From contig NC_043004.1 in the NCBI RefSeq assembly GCF_006345805.1, positions 23,064,001-23,128,000 on the forward strand: a DNA stretch of 64,000 nt. Direction: 5' to 3'. Every line of letters begins with the position of its first letter. Position 1 is the first letter of the stretch. Positions 27,652 to 39,682 of this stretch are shown here, in pieces. Source of the stretch: Octopus sinensis. Taxonomy: Eukaryota. The position numbers were made by a program, and so were the translations under genes. Below the pieces are notes generated by a model. That model ran no database searches, was not told where the DNA came from, and saw nothing but the letters and a program-made list of their open reading frames with translations.

Positions 27652-27989
27652 ACTAGCATTGATTTACCATATGATCTACTGACTTTATACACCATAGCAA
27701 ACAGGTTTTATGTGGTCGGTTGTTCTGAGAGAAACAGCAGCCAAATCACTATCAATTGAAACACACTTCTCACTTGATATAATAATGAAACCGAAGAAAA
27801 TTTTGTCTTAGATTACGCCCTAAGAAGTCAGAATGGTCATGACTTCAACGCTTTTCATTATAATTAAATTTGAGTCTATATAACAAGAACAATACTTCCT
27901 AAAATATAACAATAGATTTCGAAAATGCGGTTCACTTTTTCTTTTGTATTGTTTTGTCTTTTGTATTATATGTAAATTGAAACGCGGTG

Positions 27990-28318
27990 AGCTAGGTTCG
28001 ATAAATTAAGTACCAGCAAAACACTGGGATCAATGTTATTGACTAGTCCCCTCCCCCAAAACTTTCAGGCCCTGTACTTATAGTAGAAAGGATTATTAAG
28101 GTGGTGAGATAGCAGAATCGTTAGCATACCAGACAAAATGCTTAGCGGCATTTGGTCCGTTTTTACATTCTGAGTTCATATTCCGCCAAGATCGACTTTG
28201 CCTTTCATCCTTTCTGGGTTGATAAATTAAGTACCAGTGAAACACTGGGTTTGATGTAATTCACTTGGCTCCTCCTCCAAAATTTCAGGCCTTGTTCCTT
28301 TAATAAAAAGGATTATTT
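27990..28318 (+). mobile_element. Family A SINE 3' half followed by a full copy, ending about 120 bp upstream of the second exon
   Basis: gataaattaagtaccag...ccccaaaactttcaggcc...gtagaaaggattatt, then ggtggtgagatagcagaatcgttagc...gattattt. Confidence 0.85.
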
Positions 28319-28437
28319 ATAAGTTGACATTTCGGAGTAAATACGAATCCACTGCTTCGAATTTCAGTATGTTAAATACTATACCCCTTTATTTCAACTC
28401 AACATAACATTTCTTTTTTCTAATTTCTCTATTTCAG

Positions 28438-28521
28438 CGTCAATCAATGACAAGTGCACCTTCGGTCGATACATTGGCATTAGATACTCACCAAGTCTTC
28501 ACACGCACCGGTTATTACAAG
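28438..28521 (+). CDS. Internal coding exon of the same receptor guanylyl cyclase (84 nt, phase 0/0)
   Basis: Acceptor tttcttttttctaatttctctatttcag and donor AAG|gtaaag. Translates RQSMTSAPSVDTLALDTHQVFTRTGYYK, matching the NPR-family QVF.KT.YYK(G) motif that opens the kinase-homology domain. In frame with both neighbouring exons. Absent from the ORF track. Confidence 0.9.
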
Positions 28522-28994
28522 GTAAAGTCTAACAGATTGTACTTAATATATCAATGATAATTATGCGCGTGAATGCTGTGTGCCAGTAGGGTGGAGTGTA
28601 TAATGCCTGTGTTTGTTTTGATTTCAAATCACATTATTATGTATTTGCACACATACACGCACACTCACACACACATGCACGCTTTTGTACATCTGTGTGT
28701 TTGTATGTGTATATGCATGTACGTGTGTGTGTGAAGTGTATCTGAAAGCATACATTATATATGCTATACAATATTATTTATACTTATATATATATATATA
28801 TATATAGTAATATAATAAGAGTAAATAATATCTTTAATGTTTTTTAAAAACAAACAACAATTATTTACTGATCGATTTCTGTGAATTACAGGGATATGTC
28901 GTATGTGGAGTCTCATTTGTAGAAAATACAAATAAACAGTCTCTAATTTTTTCGGTATGTGGCTAAGCAACCTGTTGCCTGCCTCTTTTATTCA

Positions 28995-29789
28995 TATACC
29001 ATATATATATAACTCCAAGAAAGTTAGGGGTTGTGAATCCAACCCACCAAGGGATAATATCTATCCAATATACTGTTGGTAGAATACCCAATTATTAATA
29101 CAGAATTGTTTTTTTATTGTATTGGAATTACATTACCTAGTGTATTAAATGGGTGAAGGTAAAGATATATTTACCATTAATTTATATTGCAAATAAGAAA
29201 ATGGAGGAGAACAATAGGTGGTTCATCAACTTTAAGTCATTAAAAATGTTAACTTATTTATTTGTAAAATAAATATCCTCATATCTTTCATAAACATCTG
29301 TTTATATATTATACTATATTATATATTTTATATTTTATATACTATCTATTGTGAATAGTAGAATACATCTAATCTAATATTAATAATAATAATCTTAGTA
29401 ATAACTGAATATTATATGTGCTTATGGATGTAGATGTGGGTTTTATATTTATATTTATATTTTTTATTATTATAACTTAATTTTTGTACTTTATAATCTC
29501 TGACGAAGCATAGAGATATATGCAAGTACCTCATTTTCATCTGCCTATTACCTCAATCCACTTGAGTAATATAGGCAGAATAAGAAACTTTTATCTATAG
29601 GCTGAAACAGCTGTAAGTTATTTTACCAATTTATATTCATGTGTTTTAGTAATTACTGGTATCCTTATCTTATATGCAAAGAATAGTATGCTATATGTAT
29701 GCTACTATAATTATCAGTTTGATAAATAAATACGTTAACATTTTTAATGTTGATGAACCAACTATTGTTCTCCTCCATTTTTTTATTTG

Positions 29790-29790
<1 letters not shown>
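28995..29790 (+). mobile_element. AT-rich (TA)n-flanked Penelope-like terminal element with a hammerhead motif and a terminal inverted copy
   Basis: Hammerhead core at 29500-29615; 29189-29263 recurs inverted at 29724-29790; (TA)n on both sides. Confidence 0.55.
29496..29619 (+). ncRNA. Type I hammerhead motif with a greatly extended stem II
   Basis: CUGACGA at 29500-29506, then agc...gcu closing a 97-nt domain containing a hairpin, GAAA at 29604-29607, palindromic cagcug, UA and a weak stem I. Confidence 0.5.
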
Positions 29791-29834
<44 letters not shown>

Positions 29835-30055
29835 GTATTATGTATGTATGTATTTATGATATTCATACATACTTATATATATATACGTATGTGTATAAAG
29901 ATGTATATACATACATATATAATTGAATATATACTATAGATATGTATGGTCATGTATAACGGGAAAGTTTACGAAAATAAACAAAAGACGAAGGCAGGTG
30001 GAGTACAAACAAACAAATGTATTAGTATAGCGCTCAGGAATAGAAATAGAAAAAG

Positions 30056-30093
30056 TCTTTTACGTTTCGAGCCTAAGCTCTTCGACAGAAAGA
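30056..30093 (-). ncRNA. Ultra-minimal hammerhead-like motif with a variant core (CUGUCGA)
   Basis: Minus strand: ucuuu-CUGUCGA-a-gagc-uuag-gcuc-GAAA-cg-UA-aaaga, with 5-bp stem I and 4-bp stem II. A6 is replaced by U. Confidence 0.45.
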
Positions 30094-31022
30094 TACACAG
30101 AAAAAACAAGGAGAGAAAAAATGCGCGTAGGAGCTAACGATCTATCATGGCGTCCTGACTTCGGACAGTGGTCATGTATATATATATATATATATACATG
30201 ACCATACACGTACAAATATATATAAACATATATAAGCATTTATTTGTGCATAGGTATGTATAGATGGATGGATGGATAAGAACCAATTCCAACTATACCG
30301 TTACTAGCATTTTCTAAGTTTTCCATTAAACATTAAACTAAAAAAGAAAACTTTTGAGAAATTCTGATATCTTATATTTTTTTACTGTTTTCGTTATTTC
30401 TTTTCCCAAATAATGAACATACACAGGAAATATGATCAGATGCAGGTTTAGGTACAGAAGTAAATATCATATTCGCAGCAATAAATGATTAAGCGGCTTC
30501 TTCCAACCATCCTCCGCATATTGCAAAACACACAAATCTCTAGCTGTATTTCTTCAATTATTTATATGAAAGCCAACGTAACTGTTGTCTTTACATCATA
30601 ATGCCTGGAAGTATGCTATATTTTAAAAATAAATATATTTCTTTTTTTTTCTTTTCTCTCTCTGAGATTGATAAGGAACATGAAAAAAGTCACAACTTAG
30701 CGGCGTGAAATATCTCGTAGATAAACATACACATGCTGTTATAAATAAATATAGATAGATATATATTTAAATATATATATATATATATTCAGCAGTTATA
30801 TATTTAGCGTCAAAGAGTATTTAAGAATAAACCAACTCAAGATTACTTTAAAAGTGTTTATGATATATTTCAACTGCTAAAGGCAAGTTCACTGCAGTCA
30901 CCGTTTAAAAAAACTCTCTCGCGTTAAGTTGTGTAAAAACATCATAACTGCCCAGTGCTGTTGCTTATATAATTATATATATGATTCGAATCAAAATATG
31001 CAACAAATATATCTAGCGGTAA

Positions 31023-31108
31023 TGCAGTACGATCGTTTCACGCAACTCCCTGTAATTGAACAATACAATCATTATATCAATTTAAATACAGAGCAATCCT
31101 CAGCTGCA
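31023..31108 (-). ncRNA. Type I hammerhead motif with a damaged base of stem II
   Basis: Minus strand: ugcag-CUGAGGA-...-GAAA-cgaucg-UA-cugca, with 5-bp stem I and the same palindromic stem III as 5320-5384. Confidence 0.55.
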
Positions 31109-31709
31109 CAAAGACATAGAATTTAATTAAATTAAAACAGATGGAAACATGATATACCATACTAGCTTTTATTTAATCTGCATAGATTACTAAGAAATTT
31201 TACTATATAAATAAATTTGAATACAGTGAAATTAGAATTTTTTGATACCCTCCTATATGGGATTGCAAAACATTCTATATATCTAGGGAAATTATTTGGT
31301 TCATCTTAATTACCTCCCTTCCATTAATTTTTAATATATCTTATTGACTCCTGATATATGTGCTAAATTGATAATTTTTTTCTTTTCACTGTTAGTAAAT
31401 ATTATGTCTAGCATATTCTTTTAATTTAACTCATTAATAAATTAAATCACTATTTACTAACTAACTATGATTCTATATTAATAGAAATGGATATATATAT
31501 ATATATTTATATAAATATGAAATGATTTCTATATATTCTATCCTTATATAAGATACTAAAATTTATTGAAATCCTATGGAAAATTATCTAAAGGATATTT
31601 ATTTAAAATTCACAATACAGGAATTTTGGCTGTTAAATGGTAAGGGACATTGAAAACCTCTAGAGCATTAGTAGTCTCTATTCTCCCTACCGCGCTAACG
31701 TCAGCCTAC

Positions 31710-32100
31710 TAGCTTTTGTTTAAGCAAAATTCCTCAAAATGAGGATGGATTTATGGGTTTGACATTTGTACTACCCCTTCCTCTATCTATAAATAGAAAA
31801 AAATTCTTGTTTGTCTCCATTGAACCAAGAATAGAAACCCCATCCCCAATGATTGATCTAAATAACAAAGTGAACTCAGTGATAAAAAACATCTACAGAT
31901 GGAGAAGAACATACTACGACCATGTTCTTAATGATGAAATTAACCTCTCTGTCTATATATCTACCCTCTTTGTAATGTTGGCAAATGAAATAAGTATAAG
32001 AATGTGCAGTGTCCGTTTAATTAAAAAATTCTATATGTGGGTGAAGATTGCTCGACATTTTAAAACTGATGTAATACTTACAGTGTTTAATAAAAGGAAG
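31710..32100 (+). mobile_element. Possible N-terminal fragment of a Penelope-like element ORF
   Basis: LSKIPQNEDGFMGLTFVLPLPLSINRKKFLFVSIE resembles the PLE N-terminal L..GL.F.P.P motif; recognised by eye only. Confidence 0.35.
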
Positions 32101-32170
32101 TAGCATGAAACAATTGTACTACATAACCTTGGATATCCTTGTTGCTTATTTTGATTATGATCACCCCATT

Positions 32171-32222
<52 letters not shown>

Positions 32223-32247
32223 CTATATACTTTGTATTAACTTTTAC

Positions 32248-32278
<31 letters not shown>

Positions 32279-33702
32279 GTCCCAAAAGTTATAACCTCAT
32301 AACTTCTAAAACAATTTTTACATCCTAAGCATACTTTAAACTTTATTCCTTAGTGTTTCATTGTAAACTACTTAAACTACTTAGTATTAAATACCTCTTC
32401 AAGCTATAATACTCCAGTTATTTTCGATTTTTTTTACTATTGACGTATTTCATCTGTCATTTGGTAAATCCATTAGGCTCAAATTTCTAAGACGAGAGGA
32501 TATCAAACCCATCAACAGTTAAATACTAGATCTCCCTTCCAAACCGAGAAAGTGCCAAGGTATATAAGAAAAATTAAAAGCACGAAGCTTTTGTATTAAC
32601 TCTATAGGACAAGTAATTCACATAGTTAATGCTGTAAATATTTTGTTCTACTCGAAGCTGAGATGCCAGTGACTCATTATTATTTCATAATTTATGTTTA
32701 ATATTAGCAATTATTCCATCCATTAGCTAGACATTAAAAACAATCTCTACCAAATCACCTCTTTTTATAATCACATTGAATAATGTAGTTGTAGTTATAT
32801 GCTTGAATAAACACCGATTGGTCTTGGCTGGAAAGACTCAGATAACGTGTCTACTGGATCTGAATTAAGCTGGGAATAAATAGTAACACAAGTAACCCCG
32901 ATAGAGAATTAATAAAAGCACTCATCCATTTACTGGTTTATTGCATTTCAACAAGAAAACTATAGTCTACTGTTAGCCGATATGTCCTTGATTGCCGTCT
33001 CAGGCTGTTTGTTCCATTTGCTGATTGATGGCTGAGAGCTTCTGTCGAGACAGTGGATTTTGGCACTAGGTGTTGAGATATCGTGTACAAGTGTGAATAG
33101 GTCTTACTTTTCACAATGATGTATGCATACCGTGGTGAGAGAAGGCATTTGAGTGCTAGGCTAACACTAAAAAAATGGGAGAAAAGGAGGAAATGACATT
33201 TAGATTTCGAGTAGTCACTCTTCTTCTGAAAAATACGATAGACACGGAAAGAACAGAACGGAGAAGCCATGCTGAAATCACCAGAAATGTTCGGAGGATC
33301 GCTCTAGGAATGTGTGGCGAGGAAGACAACTGTGAATTAAGCATATGTGTGTGTTTGTGTGCGTATGAAGTTACTGTGTACGAGTACACTGTACTGTCTA
33401 ACTGGTTTGCCTGTGTGTCTGGTAATTGGACAACTGTGTGCCTAATTATATGTGTGTATGTGTTTAAGTGTGATTTCTTACTGTCTTATGTGATTGTGTG
33501 TGTAAGTGTGTGTATCTGTGTGTGTGTGTGTGTGTAGCTGATGCCTGTGTCAAACTCAGATAGGCGTGTTCAATGAAACAGTTTTGTGGGGGATTTAGGA
33601 CCAGTGTATTTCTATACTCGGTATTGTATGAGTAGAATGTGAGAGTGTTCTTGAATTGTGGATGATTGGTGTGTGTCAAGTAGATAATAGGTGAGTGTCT
33701 GT

Positions 33703-33754
<52 letters not shown>

Positions 33755-33920
33755 GTGTGTGTGTGTAAGCGCAAATTATAAATGTATACAGTTTAAAAAC
33801 GTTGGTGTGTATGGCGCTCCGCTCTTATTAGTAGGTTTTTGTAGGCGTGTGGATCATTTTAAGAGGGCTGTGCACATGTAGCAAGTGATTGGTGTTTGTA
33901 GTTACGTGTACAGTATTGAT

Positions 33921-36146
33921 ATATTTCTTTATTAGCCACACAGGGCTGAACACAGACGGGATAAATTACAAAGCAGAGCTTTTCTTTTTGGGGAGGAAAA
34001 AATGTAGGGTAGGTTTTCGATCAAAACGGATCGTAAAAAAGAAAGAAAGAAATTAAAATAAGTATTAAAAAAAACATCCACAGGGATCGTGTATCACAGA
34101 AATGTCATGATGTAAAGTGTAAAGAGGGAAACAGATAAGGTTTATCCATTGAAAGAAAAGCCTACGGAAAAGACCACGGTAATCTCGGTCAATAATGTTA
34201 CATGCTAACACATTTATTTGCAAGTAAGTAACCCTCTGCTTTAAATTTTTTCGGGTTCGTAGGATCATACTCAAGGTGGCTTCGTCATTCATACATGCCA
34301 TCCTTGCTACATTCACCCATCTTTTTTTTAAACATTCGCTAGACAAAAACCTGCCTCTCTCACTTTCCTTTTCAAGTGATACTTGAAGAAGTTGATGAGA
34401 AGTTGACCAGAGAAGAAAGTGTTTGTCTCTAATCCTTTCAGACGCGTCCACCAGATACATTCATTCGCCATAGCCACAAGTATAATGAAAATATCTCTTC
34501 CTTTCCGTTTGAAGGAAGGAGGCGTGATGATATTGACAATACACTCGACTGATAAAGCGACTCGCCCTACACGTGACAGCAGTCGTTTGACATAAGCCTA
34601 CATGTGGGAAATGGTTAGACACAGCACGAGTGCGTGCAGAACGGTTTCGTCGCTCTGACCGCATCTCGGCCGGGTCGACACCGTGTTTCTCGAGCCGTGT
34701 CTGTAGAGCTTATCCTGAACGAGTAGTGCTTCTCGTTAGCACTGCCAGGCCAGGGATCTTTTGAAGTTGCCCATAGGTCCTGGCCCGAAAGTCGTCTTGA
34801 ACAGGCGGGCCAGGTATTCCTCGTCGACGCCCAGGTTCGCCCCGAGATCGTCGTCGAATCTCCCCTCCACTAATCCCCTATAGAATGCTTTGGTTGTGTT
34901 GAAGTCGCTCAAGGTCGACCCGGGACGGCATAGTTGTTTGAGAACAACGCGACACTCGCGGTGCCATTTGCCCTTCCTCAGCCTCTTTTTAATCCACGAC
35001 AACAGTTCGGTCATGGAGACGAGCTGCAGGAAAACGTGCCTCACAAACGGCGACCACACCTGTTCACCATCGTCTACGTAGAGCCGGAGATGTTACAGTC
35101 TCAGCGCGTGTCTGCGCATCATCAACTACGGCATGATCAGCCCTCCTCTTAACGGGTGTTGACAGCAAATGGATCGCCTGACCATCGGGACGAATCCTTT
35201 CCACAAGAAGCGGAAGAGAATGCATTCTTGTTTGGTGATGGTAGGGTAGGGACAATGCACGACGGTCAGGTGATAGTAGGTGACGGACGCAATGTACGTG
35301 TCCGCCACCTCCGCCCGAATTTTTAGGGACAGTTTCCTCTCGGCCCATTGCCGAGCGAGAGTGACCACCCTACTCGTTATCTCGTTTCAGTTCTTCTCCA
35401 TTTGGAGGTCCGGACCAAACCAGACCCCGAGCAACTCGACCGGACCGTCGGTCCAGCGTCCCACGACGGAGGCGCTGGTGGACGGCATGGGCTTGCTTCT
35501 TCAGGTGCCGAACCGCAAGCCCACTAACTTTTCCCGGTTGATTTTCGCTCCTGTCACCGCTTCGTGGTCTTTCAGTGTCTCGCCGACCAGCTCGATGTGC
35601 TTGTGGCTAGACACTATGACGGTGACGTCGTCCGCGTATGCAGACACGCTCGTCCCGCATTCCAGTTCTCGCGGGATGCCCCTCAGATTCGCCAACTTCC
35701 GTAGTAGTGGTTCGAGAGTCAATACGTATAGAAGCGACGAGAGGGGGAAATGTCGAAAGGTCTCGATAGATGTCCATTTACGCGAATTACCGAACGGATA
35801 CCTCTGTACAAAGCAGCTATCCAGCCGCGGAAGACGAGACCGAAACCAACCGCTCTGAGGACAGCCTCCAAGTATCGATGGTCTACCCTATCGAAAGCTT
35901 TCGATTGATCCAAATTGATCAGGGCCCCACCCATGCCAGGTTCCTTAGCTACCCTGTCTATGATGTAGCGTACCAGATAGAGGTTGTCATGGATGCTTCG
36001 GCCCGGCACTGCGCAGGTTGGCACCTTGTCGACCAGTTTCATGATGACAAGCGCCAATCTCTTGGCTAACACCTTGGCCTAAATTTTCAAGTCTGCATTG
36101 AGTAGAGTGATGGGCCTAAAGTTATCTATAATGTCCCACCATTTGT
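33921..36146 (-). mobile_element. 5'-truncated L1/Tx1-like LINE (RT, C-terminal region, 3' UTR), dead
   Basis: Reads NFRPITLLNADLKIL, INLDQSKAFDRVDH and SAYADDVTV, with a small deletion removing the QG motif near 35750, in-frame stops, and a 3' UTR ending ggctaataaagaaat. Confidence 0.9.
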
Positions 36147-36246
36147 TATTGACGATGGCTCCCGTCAAGGCCCTCTTTACTAACGTGCTGATTCGGTCTC
36201 TGAAAAACCTGTCTGAACGGGAAAGACGCGTTTAGACGTGTACAGT

Positions 36247-36299
<53 letters not shown>

Positions 36300-36624
36300 C
36301 CAAATAAATTATGTATGAACTTGAATTTTAATAAAATTGAATTTCACGGAATCAGGTCGTGATAATGCCATATTTTAAAACTGAATATTGTGTGATTGAT
36401 TAGTTTTCTGATAGGAATCACGGAGTATCCAGTAATTTTTTCATAAAATTATTCTTCATAAATATAGACTCGTCTTTGTCTTCTTCCCTTCTATTCGTTA
36501 ACGTATATATGATGATATAAATCACTCTCTATGTATATGTAAATGTTTATATAATTATATATATGCGTGTGTGTGTGTGTGCGCGTGTTTGTATACATTT
36601 ATATGTTTACATATATGTATTACT

Positions 36625-36682
<58 letters not shown>

Positions 36683-37511
36683 GAGGTATAGTTTTCTGCT
36701 GTTTTCATAAATTACTCCTATAGGGATATTCAAAATTTAATGAATATTTACGTTTCCATTGGTTTTAAATCCGAAAACAAACATTTTACGAGGGTTTTTT
36801 TTTCTTAATTTATTCTGCCGAAGTTCATTAAAAAGAATCACACGAAAGATACATATTCATTTCTTTAGTTCTAGTTGTGTTCTGCTATCGAACTTTCGAA
36901 CAAAGAATTCTATATTTAACTGAGAAATTTTAAAATGATAATTTTATTCTCAAAACTTGTGAATATGATTTTCACGTTCTAAAATGTCGTATAAACGAAA
37001 AAGAAGAAAAAAAAATTAAAAAACCTTTTTAATCTGTTTTTGCCACATCAAAGTTCTAGTTATAATGTGCGATTCACCAAGGCAAAAATCAATGACAAAA
37101 GAATACCTCTGGGATGCATTTATTACAGATTCCTTCTATTTCTTTTTTTGTTGTTATTGCTTTGTTTTTTTTAGTTATTTTCTTCAGTGTCCATTTCTGA
37201 TGGCAACAACTATTAGTCAAAGTCAAAGATGATTGTGTTTTGGAATGAATGTCACTCTTACAGAATTAAGTGATTTCTTTAGCTGTTCTGTTATGAGAAT
37301 TTTGTTCATGCAACAATAGTAATGCCTTTTGAATTATTTCTTGCGTTTCTTTATTCGATTCTATTTCTCACAAATGTTCCCAGAATGAACAAGAATGAGC
37401 AGATGCAGTAGAGTACTGCGCAAAATAGTCTACATGATGTCTTCATTGATCTTCTCAAGTGAACCACTACGTACTAACAAATATTAGACTATTCCAAATG
37501 TACTAGCAGTG

Positions 37512-37512
37512 T

Positions 37513-37570
<58 letters not shown>

Positions 37571-37600
37571 GGTGGTGGTGGTGGCGTCGGTGGTGGTGGC

Positions 37601-37631
<31 letters not shown>

Positions 37632-37757
37632 ATAGTAGTAGTGGTGGTGGTGGTTGTGGTGGTGGTAGTAGTGGTAGTAGTGGTGGTGCTTGTGGTGGTG
37701 GTGGTGGTGGTGGTAGTAGTAGTGGTGGTGGCGGTGGTGGCAGTGGTGGCGGCGGTG

Positions 37758-37793
<36 letters not shown>

Positions 37794-37796
37794 GTT
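37512..37796. repeat. Compound (GTA)n/(GGT)n trinucleotide tract
   Basis: Seen directly; source of the poly-V/T/P ORFs. Confidence 0.95.
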
Positions 37797-38143
37797 CTCT
37801 GTTCGCTTGCCCCATGCGAGTTTCTATTGCACAGCATTATTTGGCTGACACATATCATTGTCCTTTACAAATTTAGCTTTGCGCGTGTATACTCCATCAG
37901 TTGTACTTCTTTGTGAGGTTCAGTTTGTTGATTGAGATGTTAATGTATTGCGTTTCGGATCTGATTACTATTAGACGGTTATTGTTAGGTTTATTAGATC
38001 AATATTTTGCAAGGCGCTTGTTGTTTGTGTTGTGTTATATTACCGGGCGGTGATCGAGTTGTCTGGTTTGTGCAATTGTTTGGGGACGATTCTATAGAGT
38101 AAGTGTTGAGAGATTGGTATTGTATGTTTTATTGTAGGAAGGT

Positions 38144-38544
38144 GACTCTTTTACTCTTTTACTTGTTTCAGTTATTTGACTGCGGCCATGCTGGAGCACC
38201 GCCTTTAGTCGAGCAAATCTACCCCAGGACTTATTCTTTGGAAGCCTAGTACTTATTCTATCTGTATCTTTTGCCGAACCGCTAAGTGACGGGGACGTAA
38301 ACACACCAGCATCGGTTGTCAAGCGGTATTAGGGGGGGGCAAACACAAACACAGAAATATATACACACGCATACATATGTATATACATATATACGACAGG
38401 CTTCTTTCAGTTTCTGTCTACCAAATCCCCTCACAAGGCTTTGGTCGGCCCGAGGCTGTAGTAGAAGACTTTGGGACGCAGTGGGACTGAACCTGGAACC
38501 TTGTGGTTGGTAAGCAAGCTACTTACCACACAGCCACCCCTGCG
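38144..38544 (-). mobile_element. Well-preserved family B CORE-type SINE
   Basis: Co-linear with 23742-24110 over its whole length. Confidence 0.9.
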
Positions 38545-38744
38545 CTTAATTAGAATTGTTGCGGGAGTTGTCATGTATCTTTTCTCTCTTTATCTTTTTT
38601 AACGGTTGATATGCATTGTGGGTTGTGTTGCATCCTCAGGTGTCAATCCGTAATGAGTCATATTGTTATTGTTATTGTTACATTTATTGTTATGGTAGCA
38701 AACTAGCAGAATTGTTACCACGCCGAACAAAAATGCTTATCGTC

Positions 38745-38897
38745 ATCAAATACCACCGATGTTGACTTTGTTTTCCCTCTTTTCGAGGTCGAAAGAATTT
38801 GTATCACTGGAACACTGGAGTAAATGTGATCGACTAACCCCTTCTCCCAAAATTCCAGGCCTTGTGCCTATGACAGAATAGATTATTATTATTATTG

Positions 38898-38943
<46 letters not shown>
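38745..38943 (+). mobile_element. 3' half of a family A SINE with (ATT)n/(TCA)n tail
   Basis: gttgactttgttttccctcttttcgaggtcg...cccaaaattccaggccttgtgccta...gattattatt. Confidence 0.65.
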
Positions 38944-39499
38944 ATTTACGCCCGAAGTAATTCTTGTTTATAACCTTTGTTTGCGCCCTTTCCTTGCCAT
39001 TTTTCCCTTTAAACATTGTTCCAGTTTGTTAATAGAAACACCAGGGAGCTGGCATTGGGTTTCTGTGTTTGTTTAGCTCATAGTGGGGCTCTATTCCGCC
39101 CCAAATAAGTTCGTTGGGCGTTCCAATCAAATATAATTCAACAACATGGCGGAACGCATCTTGGAAGATTTTGTTTTTTAAAACTGCCCCTCCTCAAAAA
39201 ACTTTTCTTGAATGCTCAAGATTTCCTTCCTCTTCCTTCCGTTACTGATAACATTACCGGAGAGGAGGAGGAGAAAAGGAAGCACACTAGAGTTCAAAAT
39301 CCACCTCATAGGAGCAGCAGCGAAAGATTTGGCAACAGTAGTGACGGGCAATGAGAGCGGCGGTGGTAGCGACAGCAGCAATGGAGGCAGTAGCAGCAGC
39401 GGCGACGACAGCAGCGGTGGCGACAGCAGCGATGGCGATAGCAGCGGCAGCGACAGCAGCGATGGCGATAGCAGCGGCGGCAGCGGAGAAGGTGGCGGC

Positions 39500-39534
<35 letters not shown>

Positions 39535-39553
39535 CAGTAGTAGTAGTAGTAGT

Positions 39554-39636
<83 letters not shown>

Positions 39637-39645
39637 TAGTAGTAG

Positions 39646-39682
<37 letters not shown>

